64,000 nucleotides of DNA from the human T2T-CHM13v2.0 reference genome, Homo sapiens, in NCBI RefSeq assembly GCF_009914755.1, contig NC_060938.1, one strand, 5' to 3'. The notes under the pieces are model-generated. The model had not been told where the DNA came from and did no database searches. It saw only the letters and a program-made list of their open reading frames with translations. The translations under genes were made by a program, and so were the position numbers. This document shows, one piece after another, positions 27,101-41,242 of the stretch. The first letter of the stretch is position 1. Every line of letters starts with the position of its first letter.

Positions 27101-27952
27101 AAATCCTGAAATCTATCCAAATATCCCCTTGCAGATTCTACAAAAAGAGTGTTTCAAAACTGCTCTGTAAAAAGAAAGGTTCAACTCTGTTAGTTGAGTA
27201 CACACATCACAAACAAGTTTCACACAATGCTTCTTTCTAGCTTGTAGGGGAAGATATTCCCTTTATCACCATGGGCCTCAAACCGTCCGATAAGTCCACT
27301 TCCATATACTACAAAAAGAGCGTTTCAAACCTGCTCTATGAAAGGCAATGTTCAACTCTGTGACTTGAATGCAGACATCACAGAGCAGTTTCTGAGAATG
27401 CTTCTGTCTAGATTTTATAGGAAGATATTCCCGTTTCCAACGAAATCTTCACAGCTATCCAAATATCCACTTGCAGATTCTACAAAAAGAGTGTATCAAA
27501 ACTGCTCTGTCAAAAGGAAGGTTCTTTTCTGTTAGGTGAGTGCATACGTCATAAAGGAGTTTCTGAGAATGTTTCTGTCTAGTGGTTATGGGAAGATATT
27601 TGCTTTTTCACCGTAGGCCTCAGAGCGCTCCAAATATCCACTTGCACATACTACAAAAAGAGTGCCTCAAAGCTGCTCTCTGAAACGGAATGTTCAACTC
27701 TATGAGTTGAATGCAAACATCGCAAAGACGTTTCTGAGAATGCTTCTGTCTAGATTTGATATGAAGATATTCCCGTTTCCAACGAAATCTTCAAATCTAT
27801 CCAAATGTCCACTTGCAGATTCAACAAAAAGTGTTTTTCAGAACTGCTCTATCAAAAGAAAGATCCACCTCTGTTAGCTGAGTTCACACATCACAAACAA
27901 GTTTATGAGAATGCTTCTGTCTAGTTTTTATTTGAAGATATTTCCTTTCTCA

Positions 27953-29654
27953 CCATAGAGCTGAAAGCTGTCCTAATGTTCACTTCCAGATACTACAGAA
28001 AGAGTGTTTCAAAACTGCTGTACGAAAGGGAATGTTCAACTCTGTGACTTGAATGCACACATCACAAAGAAGTTTCTGAGGATGCTGCTGTCTACTTTTT
28101 ATACGTAATCCCGTTTCCAACGAAATCCTCCAAGCTATCCAAATATCCACTTGCAGATTCCACAGAAAGACTGTTTCAAAACTGCTCTGTCAATAGAAAG
28201 GTTCAACTCTGTTAGCTGCGTGCATATATCCCAAAGAAGATTCTGAGATTGCTTCTGTCTAGTTTTTATGGGAAGATATTTCCCTTTTCACCGTAGGTGT
28301 CAAGGCGCTCCAAATGTCCACTTCCAGATACTACAAAAAGAGTGTTTCAAACCTACTCTGTGAAAGGGAATATTCAACTCTGTGACTTGAATGCACACAT
28401 CACAAAGAAGTTTCTGAGGATGCTGCTGTCTACTTTTTATACGTAATCCCGTTTCCAACGAAATCCTCCAAGCTATCCAAATATCCACTTGCAGATTCCA
28501 CAGAAAGACTGTTTCAAAACTGCTCTGTCAATAGAAAGGTTCAACTCTGTTAGCTGCATGCATATATCCCAAAGAAGATTCTGAGATTGCTTCTGTCTAG
28601 TTTTTATGGGAAGATATTTCCCTTTTCACCGTAGGCGTCAAGGCGCTCCAAATGTCCACTTCCAGATACTACAAAAAGAGTGTTTCAAACCTACTCTGTG
28701 AAAGGGAATATTCAACTCTGTGACTGGAATGCACATATCACAAGGAAGTTTCTGAGAATGCTTCTGTCGAGATTTTATATGAAGATATTCCCGTTTCCAA
28801 GGAAATCCTGAAATGTATCCAAATATCCCCTTGCAGATTCTACAAAAAGAGTGTTTCAAAACTGCTCTGTAAAAAGAAAGGTTCAACTCTGTTAGTTGAG
28901 TACACACATCACAAACAAGTTTCACACAATGCTTCTTTCTAGCTTGTAGGGGAAGATATTCCCTTTATCACCATGGGCCTCAAACCGTCCGAAAAGTCCA
29001 CTTCCATATACTACAAAAAGAGCGTTTCAAACCTGCTCTATGAAAGGCAATGTTCAACTCTGTGACTTGAATGCAGACATCACAGAGCAGTTTCTGAGAA
29101 TGCTTCTGTCTAGATTTTATAGGAAGATATTCCCGTTTCCAACGAAATCTTCACAGCTATCCAAATATCCACTTGCAGATTCTACAAAAAGAGTGTATCA
29201 AAACTGCTCTGTCAAAAGGAAGGTTCTTTTCTGTTAGGTGAGTGCATACGTCATAAAGGAGTTTCTGAGAATGTTTCTGTCTAGTGGTTATGGGAAGATA
29301 TTTGCTTTTTCACCGTAGGCCTCAGAGCGCTCCAAATATCCACTTGCACATACTACAAAAAGAGTGCCTCAAAGCTGCTCTCTGAAACGGAATGTTCAAC
29401 TCTATGAGTTGAATGCAAACATCGCAAAGACGTTTCTGAGAATGCTTCTGTCTAGATTTGATATGAAGATATTCCCGTTTCCAACGAAATCTTCAAATCT
29501 ATCCAAATGTCCACTTGCAGATTCAACAAAAAGTGTTTTTCAGAACTGCTCTATCAAAAGAAAGATCCACCTCTGTTAGCTGAGTTCACACATCACAAAC
29601 AAGTTTATGAGAATGCTTCTGTCTAGTTTTTATTTGAAGATATTTCCTTTCTCA
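27953..29654 (-). repeat. 10-mer structural-variant HOR, copy 3
   Basis: Step 27338 to 29040 = 1702; junction at 28373-28397. Confidence 0.93.
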
Positions 29655-32600
29655 CCATAGAGCTGAAAGCTGTCCTAATGTTCACTTCCAGATACTACAG
29701 AAAGAGTGTTTCAAAACTGCTGTACGAAAGGGAATGTTCAACTCTGTGACTTGAATGCACACATCACAAAGAAGTTTCTGAGGATGCTGCTGTCTACTTT
29801 TTATACGTAATCCCGTTTCCAACGAAATCCTCCAAGCTATCCAAATATCCACTTGCAGATTCCACAGAAAGACTGTTTCAAAACTGCTCTGTCAATAGAA
29901 AGGTTCAACTCTGTTAGCTGCGTGCATATATCCCAAAGAAGATTCTGAGATTGCTTCTGTCTAGTTTTTATGGGAAGATATTTCCCTTTTCACCGTAGGT
30001 GTCAAGGCGCTCCAAATGTCCACTTCCAGATACTACAAAAAGAGTGTTTCAAACCTACTCTGTGAAAGGGAATATTCAACTCTGTGACTTGAATGCACAT
30101 ATCACAAAGAAGTTTCTGAGAATGCTTCTGTCGAGATTTTATATGAAGATATTCCCGTTTCCAACGAAATGCTGAAATCTATCCAAATATCCCCTCGCAG
30201 ATTCTACAAAAAGAGTGTTTCAAAACTGCTCTGTGAAAAGAAAGGTTCAACTCTGTTAGTTGAGTACACACATCACAAACAAGTTTCACAGAATGCTTCT
30301 TTCTAGCTTGTAGGGGAAGATATTCCCTTTATCACCATGGGCCTCCAACCGTCCGAAACATCCACTTCCATATACTACAAAAAGAGCGTTTCAAACCTGC
30401 TCTATGAAAGGCAATGTTCAACTCTGTGACTTGAATGCAGACATCACAGAGCAGTTTCTGAGAATGCTTCTGTCTAGATTTTATAGGAAGATATTCCCGT
30501 TTCCAACGAAATCTTCACAGCTATCCAAATATCCACTTGCAGATTCTACAAAAAGAGTGTATCAAAACTGCTCTGTCAAAAGGAAGGTTCTTCTCTGTTA
30601 GGTGAGTGCATACGTCATAAAGGAGTTTCTGAGAATGTTTCTGTCTAGTGGTTATGGGAAGATATTTGCTTTTTCACCGTAGGCCTCAGAGCGCTCCAAA
30701 TATCCACTTGCACATACTACAAAAAGAGTGCTTCAAAGCTGCTCTCTGAAACGGAATGTTCAACTCTATGAGTTGAATGCAAACATCACAAAGACGTTTC
30801 TGAGAATGCTTCTGTCTAGATTTGATATGAAGATATTCCCGTTTCCAACGAAATCTTCAAATCTATCCAAATGTCCACTTGCAGATTCAACAAAAAGTGT
30901 TTTTCAGAACTGCTCTATCAAAAGAAAGATCCACCTCTGTTAGCTGAGTTCACACATCACAAACAAGTTTATGAGAATGCTTCTGTCTAGTTTTTATTTG
31001 AAGATATTTCCTTTCTCACCATAGAGCTGAAAGCTGTCCTAATGTTCACTTCCAGATACTACAGAAAGAGTGTTTCAAAACTGCTGTACGAAAGGGAATG
31101 TTCAACTCTGTGACTTGAATGCACACATCACAAAGAAGTTTCTGAGGATGCTGCTGTCTACTTTTTATACGTAATCCCGTTTCCAACGAAATCCTCCAAG
31201 CTATCCAAATATCCACTTGCAGATTCCACAGAAAGACTGTTTCAAAACTGCTCTGTCAATAGAAAGGTTCAACTCTGTTAGCTGCATGCATATATCCCAA
31301 AGAAGATTCTGAGATTGCTTCTGTCTAGTTTTTATGGGAAGATATTTCCCTTTTCACCGTAGGCGTCAAGGCGCTCCAAATGTCCACTTCCAGATACTAC
31401 AAAAAGAGTGTTTCAAACCTACTCTGTGAAAGGGAATATTCAACTCTGTGACTTGAATGCACATATCACAAGGAAGTTTCTGAGAATGCTTCTGTCGAGA
31501 TTTTATATGAAGATATTCCCGTTTCCAACGAAATCCTGAAATCTATCCAAATATCCCCTTGCAGATTCTACAAAAAGAGTGTTTCAAAACTGCTCTGTAA
31601 AAAGAAAGGTTCAACTCTGTTAGTTGAGTACACACATCACAAACAAGTTTCACACAATGCTTCTTTCTAGCTTGTAGGGGAAGATATTCCCTTTATCACC
31701 ATGGGCCTCAAACCGTCCGATAAGTCCACTTCCATATACTACAAAAAGAGCGTTTCAAACCTGCTCTATGAAAGGCAATGTTCAACTCTGTGACTTGAAT
31801 GCAGACATCACAGAGCAGTTTCTGAGAATGCTTCTGTCTAGATTTTATAGGAAGATATTCCCGTTTCCAACGAAATCTTCACAGCTATCCAAATATCCAC
31901 TTGCAGATTCTACAAAAAGAGTGTATCAAAACTGCTCTGTCAAAAGGAAGGTTCTTCTCTGTTAGGTGAGTGCATACGTCATAAAGGAGTTTCTGAGAAT
32001 GTTTCTGTCTAGTGGTTATGGGAAGATATTTGCTTTTTCACCGTAGGCCTCAGAGCGCTCCAAATATCCACTTGCACATACTACAAAAAGAGTGCTTCAA
32101 AGCTGCTCTCTGAAACGGAATGTTCAACTCTATGAGTTGAATGCAAACATCACAAAGACGTTTCTGAGAATGCTTCTGTCTAGATTTGATATGAAGATAT
32201 TCCCGTTTCCAACGAAATCTTCAAATCTATCCAAATGTCCACTTGCAGATTCAACAAAAAGTGTTTTTCAGAACTGCTCTATCAAAAGAAAGATCCACCT
32301 CTGTTAGCTGAGTTCACACATCACAAACAACTTTATGAGAATGCTTCTGTCTAGTTTTTATTTGAAGATATTTCCTTTCTCACCATAGAGCTGAAAGCTG
32401 TCCTAATGTTCACTTCCAGATACTACAGAAAGAGTGTTTCAAAACTGCTGTACGAAAGGGAATGTTCAACTCTGTGACTTGAATGCACACATCACAAAGA
32501 AGTTTCTGAGGATGCTGCTGTCTACTTTTTATACGTAATCCCGTTTCCAACGAAATCCTCCAAGCTATCCAAATATCCACTTGCAGATTCCACAGAAAGA

Positions 32601-33746
32601 CTGTTTCAAAACTGCTCTGTCAATAGAAAGGTTCAACTCTGTTAGCTGCATGCATATATCCCAAAGAAGATTCTGAGATTGCTTCTGTCTAGTTTTTATG
32701 GGAAGATATTTCCCTTTTCACCGTAGGCGTCAAGGCGCTCCAAATGTCCACTTCCAGATACTACAAAAAGAGTGTTTCAAACCTACTCTGTGAAAGGGAA
32801 TATTCAACTCTGTGACTTGAATGCACATATCACAAGGAAGTTTCTGAGAATGCTTCTGTCGAGATTTTATATGAAGATATTCCCGTTTCCAACGAAATCC
32901 TGAAATCTATCCAAATATCCCCTTGCAGATTCTACAAAAAGAGTGTTTCAAAACTGCTCTGTAAAAAGAAAGGTTCAACTCTGTTAGTTGAGTACACACA
33001 TCACAAACAAGTTTCACACAATGCTTCTTTCTAGCTTGTAGGGGAAGATATTCCCTTTATCACCATGGGCCTCAAACCGTCCGATAAGTCCACTTCCATA
33101 TACTACAAAAAGAGCGTTTCAAACCTGCTCTATGAAAGGCAATGTTCAACTCTGTGACTTGAATGCAGACATCACAGAGCAGTTTCTGAGAATGCTTCTG
33201 TCTAGATTTTATAGGAAGATATTCCCGTTTCCAACGAAATCTTCACAGCTATCCAAATATCCACTTGCAGATTCTACAAAAAGAGTGTATCAAAACTGCT
33301 CTGTCAAAAGGAAGGTTCTTCTCTGTTAGGTGAGTGCATACGTCATAAAGGAGTTTCTGAGAATGTTTCTGTCTAGTGGTTATGGGAAGATATTTGCTTT
33401 TTCACCGTAGGCCTCAGAGCGCTCCAAATATCCACTTGCACATACTACAAAAAGAGTGCCTCAAAGCTGCTCTCTGAAACGGAATGTTCAACTCTATGAG
33501 TTGAATGCAAACATCGCAAAGACGTTTCTGAGAATGCTTCTGTCTAGATTTGATATGAAGATATTCCCGTTTCCAACGAAATCTTCAAATCTATCCAAAT
33601 GTCCACTTGCAGATTCAACAAAAAGTGTTTTTCAGAACTGCTCTATCAAAAGAAAGATCCACCTCTGTTAGCTGAGTTCACACATCACAAACAAGTTTAT
33701 GAGAATGCTTCTGTCTAGTTTTTATTTGAAGATATTTCCTTTCTCA

Positions 33747-35448
33747 CCATAGAGCTGAAAGCTGTCCTAATGTTCACTTCCAGATACTACAGAAAGAGTG
33801 TTTCAAAACTGCTGTACGAAAGGGAATGTTCAACTCTGTGACTTGAATGCACACATCACAAAGAAGTTTCTGAGGATGCTGCTGTCTACTTTTTATACGT
33901 AATCCCGTTTCCAACGAAATCCTCCAAGCTATCCAAATATCCACTTGCAGATTCCACAGAAAGACTGTTTCAAAACTGCTCTATCAATAGAAAGGTTCAA
34001 CTCTGTTAGCTGCGTGCATATATCCCAAAGAAGATTCTGAGATTGCTTCTGTCTAGTTTTTATGGGAAGATATTTCCCTTTTCACCGTAGGTGTCAAGGC
34101 GCTCCAAATGTCCACTTCCAGATACTACAAAAAGAGTGTTTCAAACCTACTCTGTGAAAGGGAATATTCAACTCTGTGACTTGAATGCACACATCACAAA
34201 GAAGTTTCTGAGGATGCTGCTGTCTACTTTTTATACGTAATCCCGTTTCCAACGAAATCCTCCAAGCTATCCAAATATCCACTTGCAGATTCCACAGAAA
34301 GACTGTTTCAAAACTGCTCTGTCAATAGAAAGGTTCAACTCTGTTAGCTGCATGCATATATCCCAAAGAAGATTCTGAGATTGCTTCTGTCTAGTTTTTA
34401 TGGGAAGATATTTCCCTTTTCACCGTAGGCGTCAAGGCGCTCCAAATGTCCACTTCCAGATACTACAAAAAGAGTGTTTCAAACCTACTCTGTGAAAGGG
34501 AATATTCAACTCTGTGACTGGAATGCACATATCACAAGGAAGTTTCTGAGAATGCTTCTGTCGAGATTTTATATGAAGATATTCCCGTTTCCAACGAAAT
34601 CCTGAAATGTATCCAAATATCCCCTTGCAGATTCTACAAAAAGAGTGTTTCAAAACTGCTCTGTAAAAAGAAAGGTTCAACTCTGTTAGTTGAGTACACA
34701 CATCACAAACAAGTTTCACACAATGCTTCTTTCTAGCTTGTAGGGGAAGATATACCCTTTATCACCATGGGCCTCAAACCGTCCGAAAAGTCCACTTCCA
34801 TATACTACAAAAAGAGCGTTTCAAACCTGCTCTATGAAAGGCAATGTTCAACTCTGTGACTTGAATGCAGACATCACAGAGCAGTTTCTGAGAATGCTTC
34901 TGTCTAGATTTTATAGGAAGATATTCCCGTTTCCAACGAAATCTTCACAGCTATCCAAATATCCACTTGCAGATTCTACAAAAAGAGTGTATCAAAACTG
35001 CTCTGTCAAAAGGAAGGTTCTTTTCTGTTAGGTGAGTGCATACGTCATAAAGGAGTTTCTGAGAATGTTTCTGTCTAGTGGTTATGGGAAGATATTTGCT
35101 TTTTCACCGTAGGCCTCAGAGCGCTCCAAATATCCACTTGCACATACTACAAAAAGAGTGCCTCAAAGCTGCTCTCTGAAACGGAATGTTCAACTCTATG
35201 AGTTGAATGCAAACATCGCAAAGACGTTTCTGAGAATGCTTCTGTCTAGATTTGATATGAAGATATTCCCGTTTCCAACGAAATCTTCAAATCTATCCAA
35301 ATGTCCACTTGCAGATTCAACAAAAAGTGTTTTTCAGAACTGCTCTATCAAAAGAAAGATCCACCTCTGTTAGCTGAGTTCACACCTCACAAACAAGTTT
35401 ATGAGAATGCTTCTGTCTAGTTTTTATTTGAAGATATTTCCTTTCTCA
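33747..35448 (-). repeat. 10-mer structural-variant HOR, copy 4
   Basis: Step 33132 to 34834 = 1702; junction at 34167-34191. Confidence 0.93.
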
Positions 35449-38400
35449 CCATAGAGCTGAAAGCTGTCCTAATGTTCACTTCCAGATACTACAGAAAGAG
35501 TGTTTCAAAACTGCTGTACGAAAGGGAATGTTCAACTCTGTGACTTGAATGCACACATCACAAAGAAGTTTCTGAGGATGCTGCTGTCTACTTTTTATAC
35601 GTAATCCCGTTTCCAACGAAATCCTCCAAGCTATCCAAATATCCACTTGCAGATTCCACAGAAAGACTGTTTCAAAACTGCTCTGTCAATAGAAAGGTTC
35701 AAATCTGTTAGCTGCGTGCATATATCCCAAAGAAGATTCTGAGATTGCTTCTGTCTAGTTTTTATGGGAAGATATTTCCCTTTTCACCGTAGGTGTCAAG
35801 GCGCTCCAAATGTCCACTTCCAGATACTACAAAAAGAGTGTTTCAAACCTACTCTGTGAAAGGGAATATTCAACTCTGTGACTTGAATGCACATATCACA
35901 AAGAAGTTTCTGAGAATGCTTCTGTCGAGATTTTATATGAAGATATTCCCGTTTCCAACGAAATGCTGAAATCTATCCAAATATCCCCTCGCAGATTCTA
36001 CAAAAAGAGTGTTTCAAAACTGCTCTGTGAAAAGAAAGGTTCAACTCTGTTAGTTGAGTACACACATCACAAACAAGTTTCACAGAATGCTTCTTTCTAG
36101 CTTGTAGGGGAAGATATTCCCTTTATCACCATGGGCCTCCAACCGTCCGAAACATCCACTTCCATATACTACAAAAAGAGCGTTTCAAACCTGCTCTATG
36201 AAAGGCAATGTTCAACTCTGTGACTTGAATGCAGACATCACAGAGCAGTTTCTGAGAATGCTTCTGTCTAGATTTTATAGGAAGATATTCCCGTTTCCAA
36301 CGAAATCTTCACAGCTATCCAAATATCCACTTGCAGATTCTACAAAAAGAGTGTATCAAAACTGCTCTGTCAAAAGGAAGGTTCTTCTCTGTTAGGTGAG
36401 TGCATACGTCATAAAGGAGTTTCTGAGAATGTTTCTGTCTAGTGGTTATGGGAAGATATTTGCTTTTTCACCGTAGGCCTCAGAGCGCTCCAAATATCCA
36501 CTTGCACATACTACAAAAAGAGTGCTTCAAAGCTGCTCTCTGAAACGGAATGTTCAACTCTATGAGTTGAATGCAAACATCACAAAGACGTTTCTGAGAA
36601 TGCTTCTGTCTAGATTTGATATGAAGATATTCCCGTTTCCAACGAAATCTTCAAATCTATCCAAATGTCCACTTGCAGATTCAACAAAAAGTGTTTTTCA
36701 GAACTGCTCTATCAAAAGAAAGATCCACCTCTGTTAGCTGAGTTCACACATCACAAACAAGTTTATGAGAATGCTTCTGTCTAGTTTTTATTTGAAGATA
36801 TTTCCTTTCTCACCATAGAGCTGAAAGCTGTCCTAATGTTCACTTCCAGATACTACAGAAAGAGTGTTTCAAAACTGCTGTACGAAAGGGAATGTTCAAC
36901 TCTGTGACTTGAATGCACACATCACAAAGTAGTTTCTGAGGATGCTGCTGTCTACTTTTTATACGTAATCCCGTTTCCAACGAAATCCTCCAAGCTATCC
37001 AAATATCCACTTGCAGATTCCACAGAAAGACTGTTTCAAAACTGCTCTGTCAATAGAAAGGTTCAACTCTGTTAGCTGCATGCATATATCCCAAAGAAGA
37101 TTCTGAGATTGCTTCTGTCTAGTTTTTATGGGAAGATATTTCCCTTTTCACCGTAGGCGTCAAGGCGCTCCAAATGTCCACTTCCAGATACTACAAAAAG
37201 AGTGTTTCAAACCTACTCTGTGAAAGGGAATATTCAACTCTGTGACTTGAATGCACATATCACAAGGAAGTTTCTGAGAATGCTTCTGTCGAGATTTTAT
37301 ATGAAGATATTACCGTTTCCAACGAAATCCTGAAATCTATCCAAATATCCCCTTGCAGATTCTACAAAAAGAGTGTTTCAAAACTGCTCTGTAAAAAGAA
37401 AGGTTCAACTCTGTTAGTTGAGTACACACATCACAAACAAGTTTCACACAATGCTTCTTTCTAGCTTGTAGGGGAAGATATTCCCTTTATCACCATGGGT
37501 CTCAAACCGTCCGATAAGTCCACTTCCATATACTACAAAAAGAGCGTTTCAAACCTGCTCTATGAAAGGCAATGTTCAACTCTGTGACTTGAATGCAGAC
37601 ATCACAGAGCAGTTTCTGAGAATGCTTCTGTCTAGATTTTATAGGAAGATATTCCCGTTTCCAACGAAATCTTCACAGCTATCCAAATATCCATTTGCAG
37701 ATTCTACAAAAAGAGTGTATCAAAACTGCTCTGTCAAAAGGAAGGTTCTTCTCTGTTAGGTGAGTGCATACGTCATAAAGGAGTTTCTGAGAATGTTTCT
37801 GTCTAGTGGTTATGGGAAGATATTTGCTTTTTCACCGTAGGCCTCAGAGCGCTCCAAATATCCACTTGCACATACTACAAAAAGAGTGCTTCAAAGCTGC
37901 TCTCTGAAACGGAATGTTCAACTCTATGAGTTGAATGCAAACATCACAAAGACGTTTCTGAGAATGCTTCTGTCTAGATTTGATATGAAGATATTCCCGT
38001 TTCCAACGAAATCTTCAAATCTATCCAAATGTCCACTTGCAGATTCAACAAAAAGTGTTTTTCAGAACTGCTCTATCAAAAGAAAGATCCACCTCTGTTA
38101 GCTGAGTTCACACATCACAAACAACTTTATGAGAATGCTTCTGTCTAGTTTTTATTTGAAGATATTTCCTTTCTCACCATAGAGCTGAAAGCTGTCCTAA
38201 TGTTCACTTCCAGATACTACAGAAAGAGTGTTTCAAAACTGCTGTACGAAAGGGAATGTTCAACTCTGTGACTTGAATGCACACATCACAAAGAAGTTTC
38301 TGAGGATGCTGCTGTCTACTTTTTATACGTAATCCCGTTTCCAACGAAATCCTCCAAGCTATCCAAATATCCACTTGCAGATTCCACAGAAAGACTGTTT

Positions 38401-39540
38401 CAAAACTGCTCTGTCAATAGAAAGGTTCAACTCTGTTAGCTGCATGCATATATCCCAAAGAAGATTCTGAGATTGCTTCTGTCTAGTTTTTATGGGAAGA
38501 TATTTCCCTTTTCACCGTAGGCGTCAAGGCGCTCCAAATGTCCACTTCCAGATACTACAAAAAGAGTGTTTCAAACCTACTCTGTGAAAGGGAATATTCA
38601 ACTCTGTGACTTGAATGCACATATCACAAGGAAGTTTCTGAGAATGCTTCTGTCGAGATTTTATATGAAGATATTCCCGTTTCCAACGAAATCCTGAAAT
38701 GTATCCAAATATCCCCTTGCAGATTCTACAAAAAGAGTGTTTCAAAACTGCTCTGTAAAAAGAAAGGTTCAACTCTGTTAGTTGAGTACACACATCACAA
38801 ACAAGTTTCACACAATGCTTCTTTCTAGCTTGTAGGGGAAGATATTCCCTTTATCACCATGGGCCTCAAACCGTCCGAAAAGTCCACTTCCATATACTAC
38901 AAAAAGAGCGTTTCAAACCTGCTCTATGAAAGGCAATGTTCAACTCTGTGACTTGAATGCAGACATCACAGAGCAGTTTCTGAGAATGCTTCTGTCTAGA
39001 TTTTATAGGAAGATATTCCCGTTTCCAACGAAATCTTCACAGCTATCCAAATATCCACTTGCAGATTCTACAAAAAGAGTGTATCAAAACTGCTCTGTCA
39101 AAAGGAAGGTTCTTTTCTGTTAGGTGAGTGCATACGTCATAAAGGAGTTTCTGAGAATGTTTCTGTCTAGTGGTTATGGGAAGATATTTGCTTTTTCACC
39201 GTAGGCCTCAGAGCGCTCCAAATATCCACTTGCACATACTACAAAAAGAGTGCCTCAAAGCTGCTCTCTGAAACGGAATGTTCAACTCTATGAGTTGAAT
39301 GCAAACATCGCAAAGACGTTTCTGAGAATGCTTCTGTCTAGATTTGATATGAAGATATTCCCGTTTCCAACGAAATCTTCAACTCTATCCAAATGTCCAC
39401 TTGCAGATTCAACAAAAAGTGTTTTTCAGAACTGCTCTATCAAAAGAAAGATCCACCTCTGTTAGCTGAGTTCACACATCACAAACAAGTTTATGAGAAT
39501 GCTTCTGTCTAGTTTTTATTTGAAGATATTTCCTTTCTCA

Positions 39541-41242
39541 CCATAGAGCTGAAAGCTGTCCTAATGTTCACTTCCAGATACTACAGAAAGAGTGTTTCAA
39601 AACTGCTGTACGAAAGGGAATGTTCAACTCTGTGACTTGAATGCACACATCACAAAGAAGTTTCTGAGGATGCTGCTGTCTACTTTTTATACGTAATCCC
39701 GTTTCCAACGAAATCCTCCAAGCTATCCAAATATCCACTTGCAGATTCCACAGAAAGACTGTTTCAAAACTGCTCTGTCAATAGAAAGGTTCAACTCTGT
39801 TAGCTGCGTGCATATATCCCAAAGAAGATTCTGAGATTGCTTCTGTCTAGTTTTTATGGGAAGATATTTCCCTTTTCACCGTAGGTGTCAAGGCGCTCCA
39901 AATGTCCACTTCCAGATACTACAAAAAGAGTGTTTCAAACCTACTCTGTGAAAGGGAATATTCAACTCTGTGACTTGAATGCACACATCACAAAGAAGTT
40001 TCTGAGGATGCTGCTGTCTACTTTTTATACGTAATCCCGTTTCCAACGAAATCCTCCAAGCTATCCAAATATCCACTTGCAGATTCCACAGAAAGACTGT
40101 TTCAAAACTGCTCTGTCAATAGAAAGGTTCAACTCTGTTAGCTGCATGCATATATCCCAAAGAAGATTCTGAGATTGCTTCTGTCTAGTTTTTATGGGAA
40201 GATATTTCCCTTTTCACCGTAGGCGTCAAGGCGCTCCAAATGTCCACTTCCAGATACTACAAAAAGAGTGTTTCAAACCTACTCTGTGAAAGGGAATATT
40301 CAACTCTGTGACTGGAATGCACATATCACAAGGAAGTTTCTGAGAATGCTTCTGTCGAGATTTTATATGAAGATATTCCCGTTTCCAACGAAATCCTGAA
40401 ATGTATCCAAATATCCCCTTGCAGATTCTACAAAAAGAGTGTTTCAAAACTGCTCTGTAAAAAGAAAGGTTCAACTCTGTTAGTTGAGTACACACATCAC
40501 AAACAAGTTTCACACAATGCTTCTTTCTAGCTTGTAGGGGAAGATATACCCTTTATCACCATGGGCCTCAAACCGTCCGAAAAGTCCACTTCCATATACT
40601 ACAAAAAGAGCGTTTCAAACCTGCTCTATGAAAGGCAATGTTCAACTCTGTGACTTGAATGCAGACATCACAGAGCAGTTTCTGAGAATGCTTCTGTCTA
40701 GATTTTATAGGAAGATATTCCCGTTTCCAACGAAATCTTCACAGCTATCCAAATATCCACTTGCAGATTCTACAAAAAGAGTGTATCAAAACTGCTCTGT
40801 CAAAAGGAAGGTTCTTTTCTGTTAGGTGAGTGCATACGTCATAAAGGAGTTTCTGAGAATGTTTCTGTCTAGTGGTTATGGGAAGATATTTGCTTTTTCA
40901 CCGTAGGCCTCAGAGCGCTCCAAATATCCACTTGCACATACTACAAAAAGAGTGCCTCAAAGCTGCTCTCTGAAACGGAATGTTCAACTCTATGAGTTGA
41001 ATGCAAACATCGCAAAGACGTTTCTGAGAATGCTTCTGTCTAGATTTGATATGAAGATATTCCCGTTTCCAACGAAATCTTCAAATCTATCCAAATGTCC
41101 ACTTGCAGATTCAACAAAAAGTGTTTTTCAGAACTGCTCTATCAAAAGAAAGATCCACCTCTGTTAGCTGAGTTCACACCTCACAAACAAGTTTATGAGA
41201 ATGCTTCTGTCTAGTTTTTATTTGAAGATATTTCCTTTCTCA
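39541..41242 (-). repeat. 10-mer structural-variant HOR, copy 5
   Basis: Step 38926 to 40628 = 1702; junction at 39961-39985. Confidence 0.93.
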
